Positions 32,648 through 45,500 of a stretch of 64,000 nucleotides of DNA are shown here, in pieces (the first letter of the stretch is position 1; the number at the start of each line of letters is the position of its first letter). The stretch is from assembly GCA_965644315.1 (NCBI GenBank), contig CBFFRQ010000069.1, positions 372,001 to 436,000 on the forward strand, written 5' to 3'. The stretch is from Caecitellus pseudoparvulus. Taxonomy: Eukaryota; Protista; Bigyra: Bicosoecida. The position numbers and the translations under genes were made by a program. Under the pieces are notes generated by a model. The model was not told the origin of the DNA, searched no databases, and saw only the letters and a program-made list of their open reading frames with translations.

Positions 32648-35600
32648 ATGGCCACTCCGAGCCAGCAACAGCAGGCAGCATTCCTGAAGGAGCATGAGGA
32701 CCCCACTGTTCGGGACAAGGAGGTGTGGTACCCCCTGGACGCCAACTGGTGGGAGTCGCTGCTGCTGTGGACCAATGCAGGCGGCGCCCCAGAGGAGAGC
32801 AAGGGCGAGGATGCGCCAGCACCTCCCGGCCCCATTGCCAACTCGGCCATCCAGAACGAAGACTTCCCCTTGGCTTTGAAGAGGGGCATTGTGAGTGCTC
32901 TGCCTCTGTGCGGGGCGCCCCGCGCGGTGCCTGCTCACGATGGCGTGGTGGCTGCGTTTCACAGGAGGAGGGAAAGGACTTCGTGTGGGTGAAGGAGCCA
33001 GTGTGGAAGAAGCTGGTTGAGTGGTACGGTGGGGGCCCTGAATTCCCCCGCTCCTCGGGGTTCCTGGAAGGCGCCTTCGATGCCTCCATCGACATGTACC
33101 CTCAGCCTTGCCGAGTGCGTGCCGGGTGGCGCTTTTGGCGTGTCAGCACCAGCCCGCCTTTCGGCAGCCCCTCCACCCTGCCCTGACGCGCTCCCCGCTC
33201 GCAGGCATTCAAGGCTGATGCAGATGGTGCTCCCGCGGGCCGCCCCGTCGATTTCCTGGTCAAGCGCACCTCCACATTTGCAGCTGTGCGTTTGCGTTCT
33301 GTGCTGCGAAACTCCCGCCCGCACCAGCGTCACGTTGCCGCTGCCCTCGCTGCCCAGCTCGCGAACTTGATCAAAACCAAGCTGGGCAGTGTCTCGGCGA
33401 CCACAAAGTGCAGGTTTTGGGTGCGAGAGACGCCTGAGGATGAGTGGCAGGTGCTGCCCCACACAGGGGAGGAATCCCTGGAGCGCCTGGAGGCTGTGGC
33501 CAAGGACCACCCAGTGACTGAGTTGCTGCTGGAGGAAGCCAACTCACGCGGCGAATTCCCGCGCAAGGTGGAGGATGCTGCTGCAGAGGCGACAGATGCG
33601 GCAGCTTCTGCTGCCGACTCTCCAGAGTGGCGGGCAAGCTTCAAGGTCGGCATGTGGCTGGATGCCCAGGACACGTCAGGCACTTGGCTCGCCGCGAAAA
33701 TCGAGCAGGTCGTGCAGGAGGGCGACGACGAGGCGCTGACGGGCCCTGGGGCGGCCTTGAAGGGCACCCCTGGCGCCAAGATCGAGGTGCGCTTTGATGG
33801 GTGGAGCGCTAAGTACAACGAGTGGTTTGCCGTAACTTCCGCCAAGCTGCTGCCCCTGCACACTCACAGCAAGGAGTGGCGCAGCACCCTGCGCCCGCTC
33901 TCTGAGCTGGAGCTGATGCTGCCTTCCACCACCAAGGAGCTGCGGTGGTACTTGGTGAAGATCCGCACCATCGACCGCAGCACCGACCCAGCCACATTGA
34001 CGGTGGAGGCAGGGCTGGATGACACCAAGCAGGTCCTCCCTCAACCAGTGCAGGTGTCCGTGGACTCCATGGACATCGCAGCTGCGTACACCCACTTGTC
34101 AAAGCCTGCCCCGAAGCCAACCGTGAACATGTACGGCATGGTGAACTACCGACGCCGCGGCATGGGCATGGGCATGGGGAGCTTCGCGCGACACCGTGCA
34201 GGGCGCCCCCACGAGCCAGGCACAGTGGGCCTGGACAACCTGGGCAACACCTGCTTCATGAACTCCATGCTGCAGTGCTTGAACGCGTGCGAGCCCCTGA
34301 CACAGCACTTCCTGGACGGCAAGTGGGAGGCGGAAGTGAACCCTGACAACGTCCTGGGGCAGGGCGGCCGCATCGCCTCTGCGTACGCGGCGCTGCTGGA
34401 GGCCATGTGGTCAGGGAAGTACTCCGTGTGCTCCCCCTCCGTCGTGAAGAGCGAGGTGGGGCGGGCCTCCCCTCAGTTCCAGGGCTTCCAGCAGCACGAC
34501 AGCCAGGAGCTCATGTCCTTCCTGCTGGACGGCATCCACGAGGACTTGAACCGCATCTTGAAGAAGCCGTACGTGGAGGACGTGTCCAGCCTGGGACGCC
34601 CTGACCCCGTCGTGGCCCTGGAGGCCTGGCGCCGGTACAAGATGCGCAACGACTCCGTCGTCGTGGACACCTTCACGGGGCAGTTCCGCTCCCACCTCAC
34701 CTGCAACATGTGCGGGAACCAAAGCATCACGTTTGACCCCTTCACCTCCGTCTCTGTGCCGGTGTCTGAGTTCGAAAGCAAGAAGACCCTCGTCTTCACC
34801 TTCACCCCTGCCGACCCCGCCCTGCACTGTGTGCGCTACCGCTCCTTCGTGCCAAAGCACGGCGTTCTGGGAGACATCGTCGAGTGGCTCACCACGCAGG
34901 GCGTGTACCCCCTGCCCCAGGATATTGAGGCGGGGCACTTCCCTGCCCTGCAGCCACCCAAGGAGGAGGGGGAGGAGGATGCGGCTGCAGCCGAAGGCGA
35001 CGAAGGCGACGAAGGCAAGGCTCCCTCTGAGGAAGCGCCTGCCGCCGCAGCGGCAGGTGGTGGTGCCGAGGCAGCCGAGGAGGCCCCCGCTGCTCCGACG
35101 GTGGAGCTGCCACCTGCAGAGATGATTTGTGTCAAGGTGGACTTCCGCTCCCACTGCATTGCTTCCTTCTGCGACTTCCAGGATAGCATTGGGGACATCC
35201 GCGGCAACGACTGGATGTACGTGCACCACGTGCCCAAGCCAGACCACCCTGATGTGGCCAAGATGGAGGCCCAGTGGGCTGCCAAGATGGAGCGCGCCCA
35301 GGAGGCCCGCGCCCTGCAACGCTCCGACCGCCCCATCCCCAAGGAGGCAGGGGAGACGGACGCTGACATCGAGGAGCTGCTGGCGTTCCACTACATCGAG
35401 AACCGCCCCTACGTCATTGAGCTGCGCATGCGCCAGAAGAACGTCCGTGGCTACGGTGCCGGCGTCGTCGGGTACGGCCTGCCGGAGCTGGTGTCCTTGC
35501 CGGCCTTGACTGGCTCCCTGGATGTGGGCGTGCACCCCACCGGGCGCAAGCTGCACGAGGCAGTGTGGGCCCGCATGACGAAGTACCTGAAGAAGGAGTC

Positions 35601-36432
35601 ACTGGACAGCTTCTCCCTGGAGGAGCTGCCCTACAAGCTCAGCCTGGCCCCAGTTCCCAACCCCCGGATGCCAGGAACCCTCGGCGCTGCAGAGGAGGTG
35701 CCCTGCACGGATGATGTCGTGGAGCTGGACCGCTACACGCAGGTGCTGGTGGTGGACTGGGCAGAGGAGGCGAGCAGCCACCGGACAGACACCGGCTCTG
35801 GCGACATGGCGCGCCAGGACGACGCCAGCTACGGCGACCGCGTGGACAAGGACGACCACACCAGTGTCACGCAGTGCCTGGACCGCTTCGTGTCCCGTGA
35901 GCAGTTGGGCTCCAATGACATGTGGTTTTGCCCCAAGTGCAAGCAGCACGTGCAAGCGTACAAGGAGATGTCCCTGTACTCCGTGCCAGATGTCCTCGTT
36001 GTGCACTTGAAGCGCTTCCACGTCACCAACTACGGCCGGCAGATGACGTCCTTCCTGTCCCGCTCCAAGCTGGACAACTTTGTGGAGTACCCGCTGGAGG
36101 GGCTGGACATCTCCAAGTACGTCTCCGGGCCCCAGCCTGGCCCCCACATTTACGACTGCTTCGCCGTCTCCGACCACATGGGCGGCATGGGCGGTGGCCA
36201 CTACGTCGCCTCTGCCAAGAACTTCAGGTCCGGCAAGTGGTACTCCTGCAACGACACCAGCACGTCCCCCATCTCGGAGCAGGGCATCGTGTCCCGTCGC
36301 AACTACGTCCTGTTCTTCCGCCGCCGCACGCCCGCCCTCATGGCCACCGCGGAACACCTGCACGCCGCTGCTGCAGCGGTCAGCGAGGAGCACGTGGAGC
36401 CCATCCCCAGCGCGGGGGTTGCTGCTGAGTGA
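32648..36432 (+). CDS. Ubiquitin C-terminal hydrolase, USP4/11/15-like (DUSP, Tudor-like insert, C19 catalytic domain), about three introns
   Basis: DUSP motifs WYPLDANWW, PPGPIANS and WKKLVEWYGGGP; Cys box GLDNLGNTCFMNSMLQCL; QQHDSQE; HLKRF; His box HMGGMGGGHY. Confidence 0.93.
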
Positions 36433-36440
36433 GACTGTGT

Positions 36441-36450
36441 CAATGCATTG
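36441..36450. terminator. Palindrome CAATGCATTG between convergent USP and DUF3825-like genes
   Basis: Perfect palindrome starting 9 nt after the USP stop. Function is inferred. Confidence 0.5.
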
Positions 36451-36540
36451 CTGACAAGCACACGACGCCGCTGGACACACTGGAGGCGTTTGGACAATGT
36501 ACACGGGAGAGAAAGCACAGGGTTGCATGGGCAGCACCCA

Positions 36541-38731
36541 TCATTCGGGGAGCACCTGGGGCACCATGCCCAGGCTGGCTCGGCGACTGCTGGCGGACAT
36601 GAAGGACGAGGCACGGCTGCCGCCGTCCAGCGCCAAGCCGGACAGCGCAGTGGCTGTGGAGGCTGTCGAGTCTGACGGTGCCATGGCCTTGCCGCGCATG
36701 AAGAGGGGGATGCCGCCGGGAGAAGGCGGGGGGATGGCGGCGCTGGACGCGCCCCAGCCCGGCGCAGGCGTGGAATGGTGAGGGGTGGTCTCCGCACCCT
36801 GCAGCTCGGTGCTGGCGGTGGGCAGGGGCCCCCACACGGACGCACCGCTGCTCGCCAGCCCGGGGAACAGCAAGCCGACACCTAGGTCTCCCCCTTCACT
36901 CCACGTCGGGAGCCCAGGGGGCGCAGACAGGCCGCTGTCTCGCCGCCGGCGACCTGGCGTCGGCTCCGTGCGGGCGGACGCGGAGGACATGTCGGTGGCA
37001 GTGCTGTCCCAGCGGTCAGCCCCTGAGATGAGGCCCATGGCGCCAGCGGGGGGGGGCGGCGGCAACGGCCCGCCGCCCACCGTCGTGGAGAGGGTGCTGG
37101 ACACCGGATGCCCACCACCCACGTGCAGGGACGCACTGCCCTGCACGAGGCCGGTGTACGGCGGCGTGCTGAAGCTCTCTGCGAGGCCAGACGCGCTGGC
37201 ATGAGACTCTGGTGCTGGGGTAGAGTTGGATCGGGGCTGGTGCACCAGGGAGAGGGTGTCAGGCGGTGACTCGACGCGGTGGAAGGACGCAGCGCTGCCG
37301 ACTGTGGCGGCGTCCTCGGCGGGCTTCGCGCTAGCTGGGCCAGCCGTTGCCGCCGCGGTGTCCGCTGCAGAGCCTGGGGCAGATGCCGCAACGGGCACTA
37401 GAGACCCTGCCACAGCTGACCCTGGCATGCCCTGCATGGGGCGCAGCAGTGTGGCAGGGGGCGCAGCTGGCACTGGCGGCCCCGTCAACCACGTGCAGCC
37501 TGTCTTGCCCATGAGACGCGCAGACGCACAAGCGACGTGCAGTGGTTGCAGAGCCACAATGGCGTGCATGACACCCCCCTTCATGCTGCCGTGGGTGCCC
37601 ATGGCGCACACTACGGCAGCGCACATGACCGCAGACGTCGGCTGCTTGGGAAGGGACAGGCGCTCTGACAGCGTGGGTGTCATGGAAACAGGGGCCACCC
37701 AGTGGTACCCGTGCAATGGACTCCACGCAGCCAATGCATCTCGATAGTTGTACCGCAAGGCTGCCATGGATTCCTCAACAGCTGCGAAAGGCGTGGGCGG
37801 GAGGGGGCGAGTGCGCATGCGACAAAGGCGTGGTGGTTGCCGGCACGCGAAACGCACCTTGCTGCACGACCAGGGCAAGTCGTGGGGCGGGGAGGGACCG
37901 GAGAATCATGGGCAAAGCAGCCATGTTCCCTGGATCTGTGGCTGAGAGGGAGTAGTGCAGGGACAAGCGCGGGTCCAGGGCAAGGGAGCCAGGTGGCGCA
38001 TCCGCCAGGAAGGAAACTGAAGGCGGCTGGTACTCCAGCGGCAGAGCCTCCAGGCGGTCCTTCACATTCGTGCGGGAGTGCTCCAGCCCCGAGTTCAGAG
38101 GCGGGGAGGCTTTGTCAGACAGGGACTCGCTACTGAGTGCCCAGCACATCAACCAAGACTGCCCAGCGCTGCCCCAGCTGCCAGATGGTGGCGGCACCAG
38201 CAAAGCGTACAGCGGCAAGCCAGCCGCGTCCAGCAAGCCCGTCGAGAAGAGCAGCGCCCGCGAACGGGCGGTGACAGTGACTTTCCCTACGTCTGTCTGG
38301 ATGACGACTGCGTTGCCAGACACGGGGGCGAACGCGACGTTGGCGAAGGCGACGCCAGAAGAGAGGGCTGAGCCACTCTTCGCAGCAGGCGTGCCTTCGC
38401 TGCCTTCCTTCACCGTGATGGTGGACATCTGCGTCTTGCTGAAGATGCGCCCATGGAAGGAGTACACACACCGCTGAGACAGCGCCCTGGCAAACACCCT
38501 AGACAGGTACTCTGCCAGCACAGCTGGCTTGCCGCCGCTCCACGGCTCATCCCCCGCCGTGCCGGAAACAGCAGCCAGATGGGCCAGAGTTGTGGGAGAC
38601 AGCGCAGCAATGCTGGCAAGGCCGCCGTGCTCCACGCTGCGCTTCACGTCGTCTGTGGGGCACCATGGGATCCAAATCCCAGTCAGCTGCGGTGCCACGG
38701 CGGCGCCGCGACTCGCGCCCTTGCTGGCCAT
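36541..38731 (-). CDS. DUF3825-like domain protein with low-complexity tail (intron about 37782-37857)
   Basis: LAHLAA...EPW...VLAEYLSRVFARA, LFSTGL...PLYALL, RYNYRDA and ACASARL recall the DUF3825 pattern. Family assigned from memory only. Confidence 0.5.
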
Positions 38732-39147
38732 TGCTGCCTGGCCAAGCCAAGTGCACTGCACGAGACTGAGCCAACACGTGCTTGCACTTCTTACTGCAAT
38801 ACGTGTGCCAACATGGCCACGTGACCACAAGGTGGCCGCTCAAGTAAGTTTTATAGTTTGTACATGGGGCGCATGTGTGCTGGCTTTCCTTGTGCGGGTG
38901 AGAGGGCCTGTGCGTTCCTTGCACACCGCTGGCAGCGGCTTTGAGCGTCCCTCGCGAGGTTTCCCACGGAGTGCGCTGGTGCGCGCCCGCCCTGTCCACC
39001 AGCTGCCTGCGCTAATCTGCTCAGGACTACCCCATGCATTGCCGCTGCAGCAGGGTCTGCTCTCGAAGTGCCCTGCATCCCGAGTAACTGCCAGGTGTGA
39101 CCCGCTGATGCACCAGGGCAACCCCCCCCAGCCAGGTGCGGCCACTG

Positions 39148-40333
39148 TTACCTCACCTCGTTGTAGCACTCCGCCCACAAGCACACGCCCTTGGAGAACA
39201 GCAGGTCTTCCACTGTGTCCCGGTCAAAGCCCCCCTGGCAGTCCTCGCGCTTGATCTTGCGGTCCTCTAGGGCAGAAGCCAAGTGGTCTGCCGGGGTCTT
39301 CGTGCGCCACTGCGGCAGGGGCCAGCGCTGGTGCTCCACAACACACTGCCTGGCAGGCAGCTGGAACGTGTCCCGCACGCTCTGGATGAGCTGCAGCAAC
39401 TGCTCCTCCTGCAGCACCTCAGGCAGCTCGGGGGGGTCTTGCCACTCACTCCCGCTGCCAGGGCCCTCCGCCTCGCCCACCTGCGCAGCCTGCAGTGCCC
39501 TCTGGGCGATGTCCGCCACCGTGTGGCACTGCAGGGCAGGGTGTGAGTCGGCCACGAGGTCGAAGAGCAAGTCCACGCGGTCTTGGGCAGGCCCAGCCAC
39601 CACCACTGAGAAGAGTGTGAGCAACTGCAGCACTGGCAGCGGCTGAGGGTTGTCACCTGCGTGGCTGGACACACGCACAGGTGCCTCCACTGGGGGTGCC
39701 GCTGCAGCCGCGCTGTCGTCGCCGCCTGTCTCGCCGGAGGTTTGCGGCGGAATTTGACCTGCGGCTTTTGCAGCTGCAAAGAAGGCGTCCTCGTACGCCT
39801 GCTGCATGGCCACAGCAGCGCGCTCCAGGTTATGGTGGTTCTTAATACCCCCAGGGTGTGTAGCTTGCAGGGTATCCCACACCACCCACGCGAATTGCGA
39901 AAAGGTCGCCGTGCCGCTGGGGAAGTACGCTCGGCACCTGGCCACAACCTTGCGAAACTCTGGCACGCTGCGAAGATGCTCGGGGCGCGCTGCCGTGCCC
40001 GGCTGGGCGCTTTGGCTACTTTGGCGGCACACTATCGCACCTGATCTTGTTCTCGCTCCTCAACGCCGTGATTTCAGAGGGGCACAGCACCGCCTCCGCT
40101 GCGAGCTTGTCCACCAAGGCATCGTGGGCCACATTGCCCTGCCGAGAGTGCCAGATGTACCCACCCAGAAATGTCAGGGCTGCCACCAGCAGAGCCGCTG
40201 AGCTGTAGCCGCTCTTGGTCTCTTCTGCGGCGGCAGCAGCTGCCGCCGGCGTGCCTGTGGTGGCTGAGGCCCACCTCGCCAACACTCGCACATGCCTGCC
40301 TGAGCGCTGCACAGCGTTCTGTAAAGCCCACAT
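39148..40333 (-). CDS. Probable mitochondrial single-TM protein with degenerate EF-hand-like segment, at least one intron
   Basis: Arg/Ala-rich presequence-like start, TM segment AALLVAALTFLGGYIW, then LLTLFSVV...DRVDLLFDL. The 3' end may be spliced further. Confidence 0.55.
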
Positions 40334-40460
40334 TGTGTGCACAGTTGCTGTAGAACTTCGTGGGAGGGGAACTGAGAGTGAGCTGGGTACCTGGCGAGCT
40401 TGGACCCGGGAGGTTTTTGGCGCTGAGCGTGCATTGAGGGTCTGTGTTCGACACGGTGAG

Positions 40461-42207
40461 TCAAGAGGGGATGTAGTTGCGCAGACCAAAGAGCGAGACA
40501 TCAAGCAAGGGAGCAGTCCAGCCGGGTGGATCCCCCACTCGCGTCACATTCAACGAGTGGCCAGCATACCCCCCCACGCAGGGCTGCGATGCCGCGGTCA
40601 GACTCCACGCATCGGCGCTGAGTAGCGCGCCGCCTGACGCTGCAGATTGTGGGAAGACGGTCCACCCACACGGCATGTCCGCTTGCAGCAAGACTGTGTC
40701 CACCAGCGCTGCGCTACTCCACTGCCGCCTGTCCTCCACGCAGCCCAAGTCCATGCCGTCGCAGGGCAGCAGGGCACACCAGCTGGCGTTGAAATGGCCG
40801 TTATAGGGCCCCCATGCCGCCATGAGTGCAAGGGTGCCGTTGAACGGTGCCCCAGTCACTGCCACTTGACATGAAACATGCCCTTGCTGAGCAGACACCA
40901 CGGTAGCAGCCCTGCGACGCAGGGATGCCCCTGGCAAGGAAGACAGCTGCACTTGCATGCACTCTGAACCTTTCGGCGCGCCAGGACCGCACACTGGTCC
41001 AGAAATGTTGAAAGCCGGGGACATTGAGACGGGCGATTCGTCAGAGTGAGGCTTGGGCTGTGCGGGGTCGTGTACAAGAGCTGTCTTTCCAGCTGAAGCG
41101 GCTGCGGAGTCATCTGCAGCTGGCAGCAGGATGCCGCACGCTTTCGGCGAGTTCCCACTGTTCATCCAAGTCTGGGAGACAGAGAAGCCTATTCCAGGGA
41201 GGCCCACAGCACTGAAGACAGCGCCTGCACTCGTGTTCATCTCGTGAGGTGTCCCTGCGGCGCCCTGGCACCACACCTCTCCTGCCGCATGACTTGACTC
41301 GACGCGGGACGTGGCATACACGCCAGACCCGGAATTGAACTGGCCAGTGCCAGCGTTGGATGCCACCAGGACAAGATCCCTGGAGGCTCGCGCGGCCCAG
41401 CCTTGCTGCACTTGAGTAGCTGTCAGCAGAGGTGGCAGGTTCACCCACCACGAGGAAAAGGCAGCCACATCCACAGAGGTGTCAAGGAGCAGCTTGCCAC
41501 CAGGCTCCGCAAACATCATATCAAAGCAGATAAACAGCCCTACGCGCCGTCCGTCGGGCAGAAGGAAGATGGACGCTGGCTGCTCCGTAGGACCGGCATC
41601 GAAGGGGTCCCCGTCGTAAATGTGGTGCTTGTGATACATCCCAAGCACTTGTCCAGCTGTGCCCAGAGCCACTTGGCTGTTGTACAGGCGCCCAGCGCAC
41701 GCCAGCGGCACGTTGGCCACGAGAACTGCGCGTCGCTCAGTGGCAAAGCACGCAATCGCGTGCAGGGGGCTGGCAGACCCTGCTGCCTTGCCCTCAGCGC
41801 ACAGAGCTTGGCCTACGGTTGGACACGGCAGAGCGAATGCTGCAGCGAAGGCGCGGGAGGGCAAGTACGCTGACGTCAGGGACAGCTCAGGAAGCACGAT
41901 GAAGGTGCCACGCTGCAGTGGGGGTAGTTCAAGCAGCCTTTCTGCCGCGCTCCAATTCTCATGCATCACTGCCACCGCCTGCTCCTGGCTTGGAGGTAAG
42001 CCAGCAACGTCTGCAGAATCGGGCGTAGGGTGGCCCAGGGTGCTCGCGTTGCAGGAGAAAGGCACCCGCGAGCCCGCACGCACAGCTCTTCGGCGGTGCA
42101 AAGTCTAATGCAAGGGGTTCAAATTGCCAGCCACCACACCGCACCAGCTGAACCAGGGCAAAGGCGCTGCCAAGCGCCAGCGTGCGGAAATTGCACCAGC
42201 GAGCCAT
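40461..42207 (-). CDS. Vanin/biotinidase (carbon-nitrogen hydrolase), secreted
   Basis: Catalytic triad motifs VLPE, YHKHH and FICFDMMF, plus YNSQV and WVNLPPLLTATQVQQGWA. Signal-like first exon MARWCNFRTLALGSAFALV. Confidence 0.85.
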
Positions 42208-42572
42208 GCTTCTCCCAGCGAACCCGCGACGAAACGCGGGAGCAGACTCAATTTCAATCAAGCTTTTCGCTGATCAAGTGTTCGGTTTTGCTCCCCTTTG
42301 TGGATCAAGCCTCACCCTAACAGGCCTGCGCCAGGGCTCTTGTTTTGTGTCCTGCGGCACGAACCTGAACTTGGCTGCGGCTCGCCGCGGCCCGCATTCC
42401 TGGCACATCTGCCGCACCTCCCACTAGCTTGCCTGCACTTGTTCATGATACTTGCCATACTTGGCAAGCTTCCTTGTCGCAGTCATGCTTGGCGTGAGTG
42501 CTTGCGACGGCCACCGCAGACCTGAGCTGCTTTGTCCACAAGGTTCGCAACGGCTGACAATCGCAGCAGCAC

Positions 42573-45500
42573 TTGGCGCCCAAGAGGACCTCAACGGTGC
42601 ACGTGCGACGAGGATTTAGACACCCCAATCGTCTCCTCGTTTTCGGGGGCGATGAGTCGGAACGTGGGTCCTTGTCGCCGCCAACGCCTGCTGGGCCAGA
42701 GGCTTCAGTCGCAGCGGCCAACAGCAGAGCTGGCACGGCGGACCACAGCGTCGTCCTGGCCCTGCAGGGCTACCTGCAGGACACGTCGCTGATTCAGTTG
42801 GAGATGAGCGGTGGCTCCATTTCCTCCATTTACGCAACTCGAACCTGCCCGAGCCCCCTTTCCTGCCAAGTGCTGTACCAGGTGGCCCTGGTGCTGTGGG
42901 TGTTTGCTTCCTTCCTGGCCTGGTCCATCGTCGCTTTCAACCTGCTGTTCGTGGTCATCTACGGCCTCTTCACGCGACTGGACGGCGAGGGGGAGGAGGA
43001 AGTCGGCATGAGCGCGGCGCACCTAGTGCGAGCGCGCGGGCTGGCAATGCTAGCCGCCTTGACGCCTGTCCTTCTGTACGTGCTGTCACTCATCGCCTTT
43101 CACTTGTGGCTGGCGCACGACATCTTCCTGGACCTCACACACACGGGGCAAAGTGTGGAGTTCGCCCTTGCCAGGTCGTGTGGCTGCTGGGGCGTGCTTC
43201 AGCCTCGCTCCCGAGTTGCCAGCTGCATGCGCATGCTGTCCTGGCTGCTGCTGGCCGGTTTGCTGGCGCTGTACTGCGCAGTGCCTGTCGGCGTGGTGCT
43301 GGGCATGGACGCCAGCACTATCCTTGCCAACTCTGTCATCATCGTCATGGCTGCCGTCGCCACCCTGCATGCACTCACCACGGCCCTCTTTCCCTGCCTG
43401 CGGTACTGCGCCTTCCAGGCGGACGGTGTGCAGGACGGACACACGTCAGCCTTGCATCGGTCAGGGCAGTGCTGCAGGGAGCTGTGGCTGCGTGGCGGCC
43501 TCGTCTGCGGCAACATGCTCACCGGGCTGCTCGCCGCACGGTGCATCTGCTGGAGCCTGCAAGACGACATGGACCCTCAAGCCGAGCTCATCGCTGAGGA
43601 CATGGACACCTACCGAGCCTTTGGTGCACAGCGCCGGGCGGAGGCTGCCGATGCTGCCGCTGCAGCAGCGCCCCAACAGCCCGTCCACGATGCTGAGAGG
43701 TACTCTGTCTGCTGCATCACGGTGAGCCCCTCGCACACGGGCCTGTGGGCGCCAACTTCGTGCGTCGGCATGCACCGAGCAGCCACTCTGCTGAGCTTGA
43801 AACTGCACAGAGCTCCTGGGGCTTCAGACGTCATCGTCGCGCTCCTCAGCACTGCCCTTGCATGGACTCTGCTGGCACTGTTTGTGAACGCCCTTTTCTC
43901 CCCTCACGTGCCCCTGGCAGCCCTGGCAGTGGGCGCCACCTGCTCCCTCCTCATGCTGCTGTGCTACCTAGGCACGCTCTTCGCCCTCTGGTGCACCACG
44001 CGGGAGGGCGATGCCGTGCAGCAGTCGTGTGCATGCATCCCCTGCTGCAGTCAGCTGTGGGCTGCTGCACGTCGCGCTTCGTGCCTGACACGTGCCCAGG
44101 CGGCCCATGCGTGGTTTATCTTCCCTCAGTACCGCATCACAGCCATGGCGGTGCTGGTGGGCGGCATGGCCACGCTGGCAACGCAGGCAACTGACGGCAG
44201 CATTGCCACATCCTCTGCAGGGGCTGCCGCGCTCGTCTCGGCTGTTGTGCTCCTCTTTGTTTTGCCCATTGCCATTGGTGTCTTCCAGTCCTGGCAACTT
44301 GGCCTGCGGTGCTGCTGGTGCAGGTGCACAGGGGCGGACCAGGCCCCCAGCGTGCCCTGCTGTCTCGTGGACTCACTGGGGCGCTTGCAGAGCCATGTAT
44401 GCTTGACCTGTGGGCCAACCTGGGCCGCCCGCTCATGTGCATCGGTGTGGTGCTGGTACTCGTGCGGACTGGTGACGGTTGTCACCTTCATTGTCCTCTT
44501 CGGCACCTCGGTCTTCGCTGCCTTGCCCGCGATCTGGCTGGCCATGCTGATCACCACTATTTTGTACGCATTTGTCCTGTGCAACGCTGTTCCCACACAC
44601 AGCTTGAATTTGACAGCCCTGGCATCCTCCTCCCCCGGCCTGCAGCGATGGGAAGCTGCCTGCTCCACTGCCCGGCTGGAGGAGGTGGAGGACTTGCGGA
44701 AAGCAGGCGCAAGCGCTGAACCCGCGCAACCGGGTCCAGACGGCGGGGACACTGCAGACGTGGGGGAGGTCGAGGTTACTGTGGAACAAGTTGAAAAGCG
44801 CACGCCAGCAGATGCGGGGATGGAGGTGGACAACGCCGATGCGGCAGAGGAGTGGCTGCCACGCAAGGCGCGCACACAGGTGGGCACGCTCCCCTTCGCA
44901 TCACAGCAAGTGCCCCTGAACATCCAAGCAGGGCAGACGCGAGGAGACACGTACACGTCCAGGGGCATGCTTGCGGAAGACGTGAACGCGTTCGCTGCGT
45001 CACGCACGGAAGCGCAGCGGGAACAGTACGGCAAAGCACACGGCGGCAACAGCAGCTTTGTGGACCCCATCCAAACCAATGTTTTCATCGAACGGCACTT
45101 GCGGTGGAAGCTTGTCATGCCTTGCTTTGTCTTCCTCTGCGTCTTGGCGTTCCTGCTGATCAGTTTGGTGGACCAGGGCGTGAGGAGGGAAGGCGGTGCC
45201 TTTGAGGGCTGGTCCGACGCCTCCCGCCCCATCTTGCCCCAGCCGGGCCATGACGAGCCAGCCCTGGCTGTGTGCGGTGACAGCGATGGTGGTCTGACGC
45301 CGCTGGACTTCGCGCTGCTGTCCAAAGCTGTGTACCTGGGGGCGAACCCGGACGCGTATGGGGAAGCCCTGCGACAGCTCCTGCCAGGCATGAACGTGAC
45401 GCTGCACAGACTCGCTCCTGAGCGGCTCCACGAGCCGCTGTACTCGGTGCTTACGCTGAAACGCCCGGCAGGAACATCGCCCCAAGATGTCCTGGATCTC

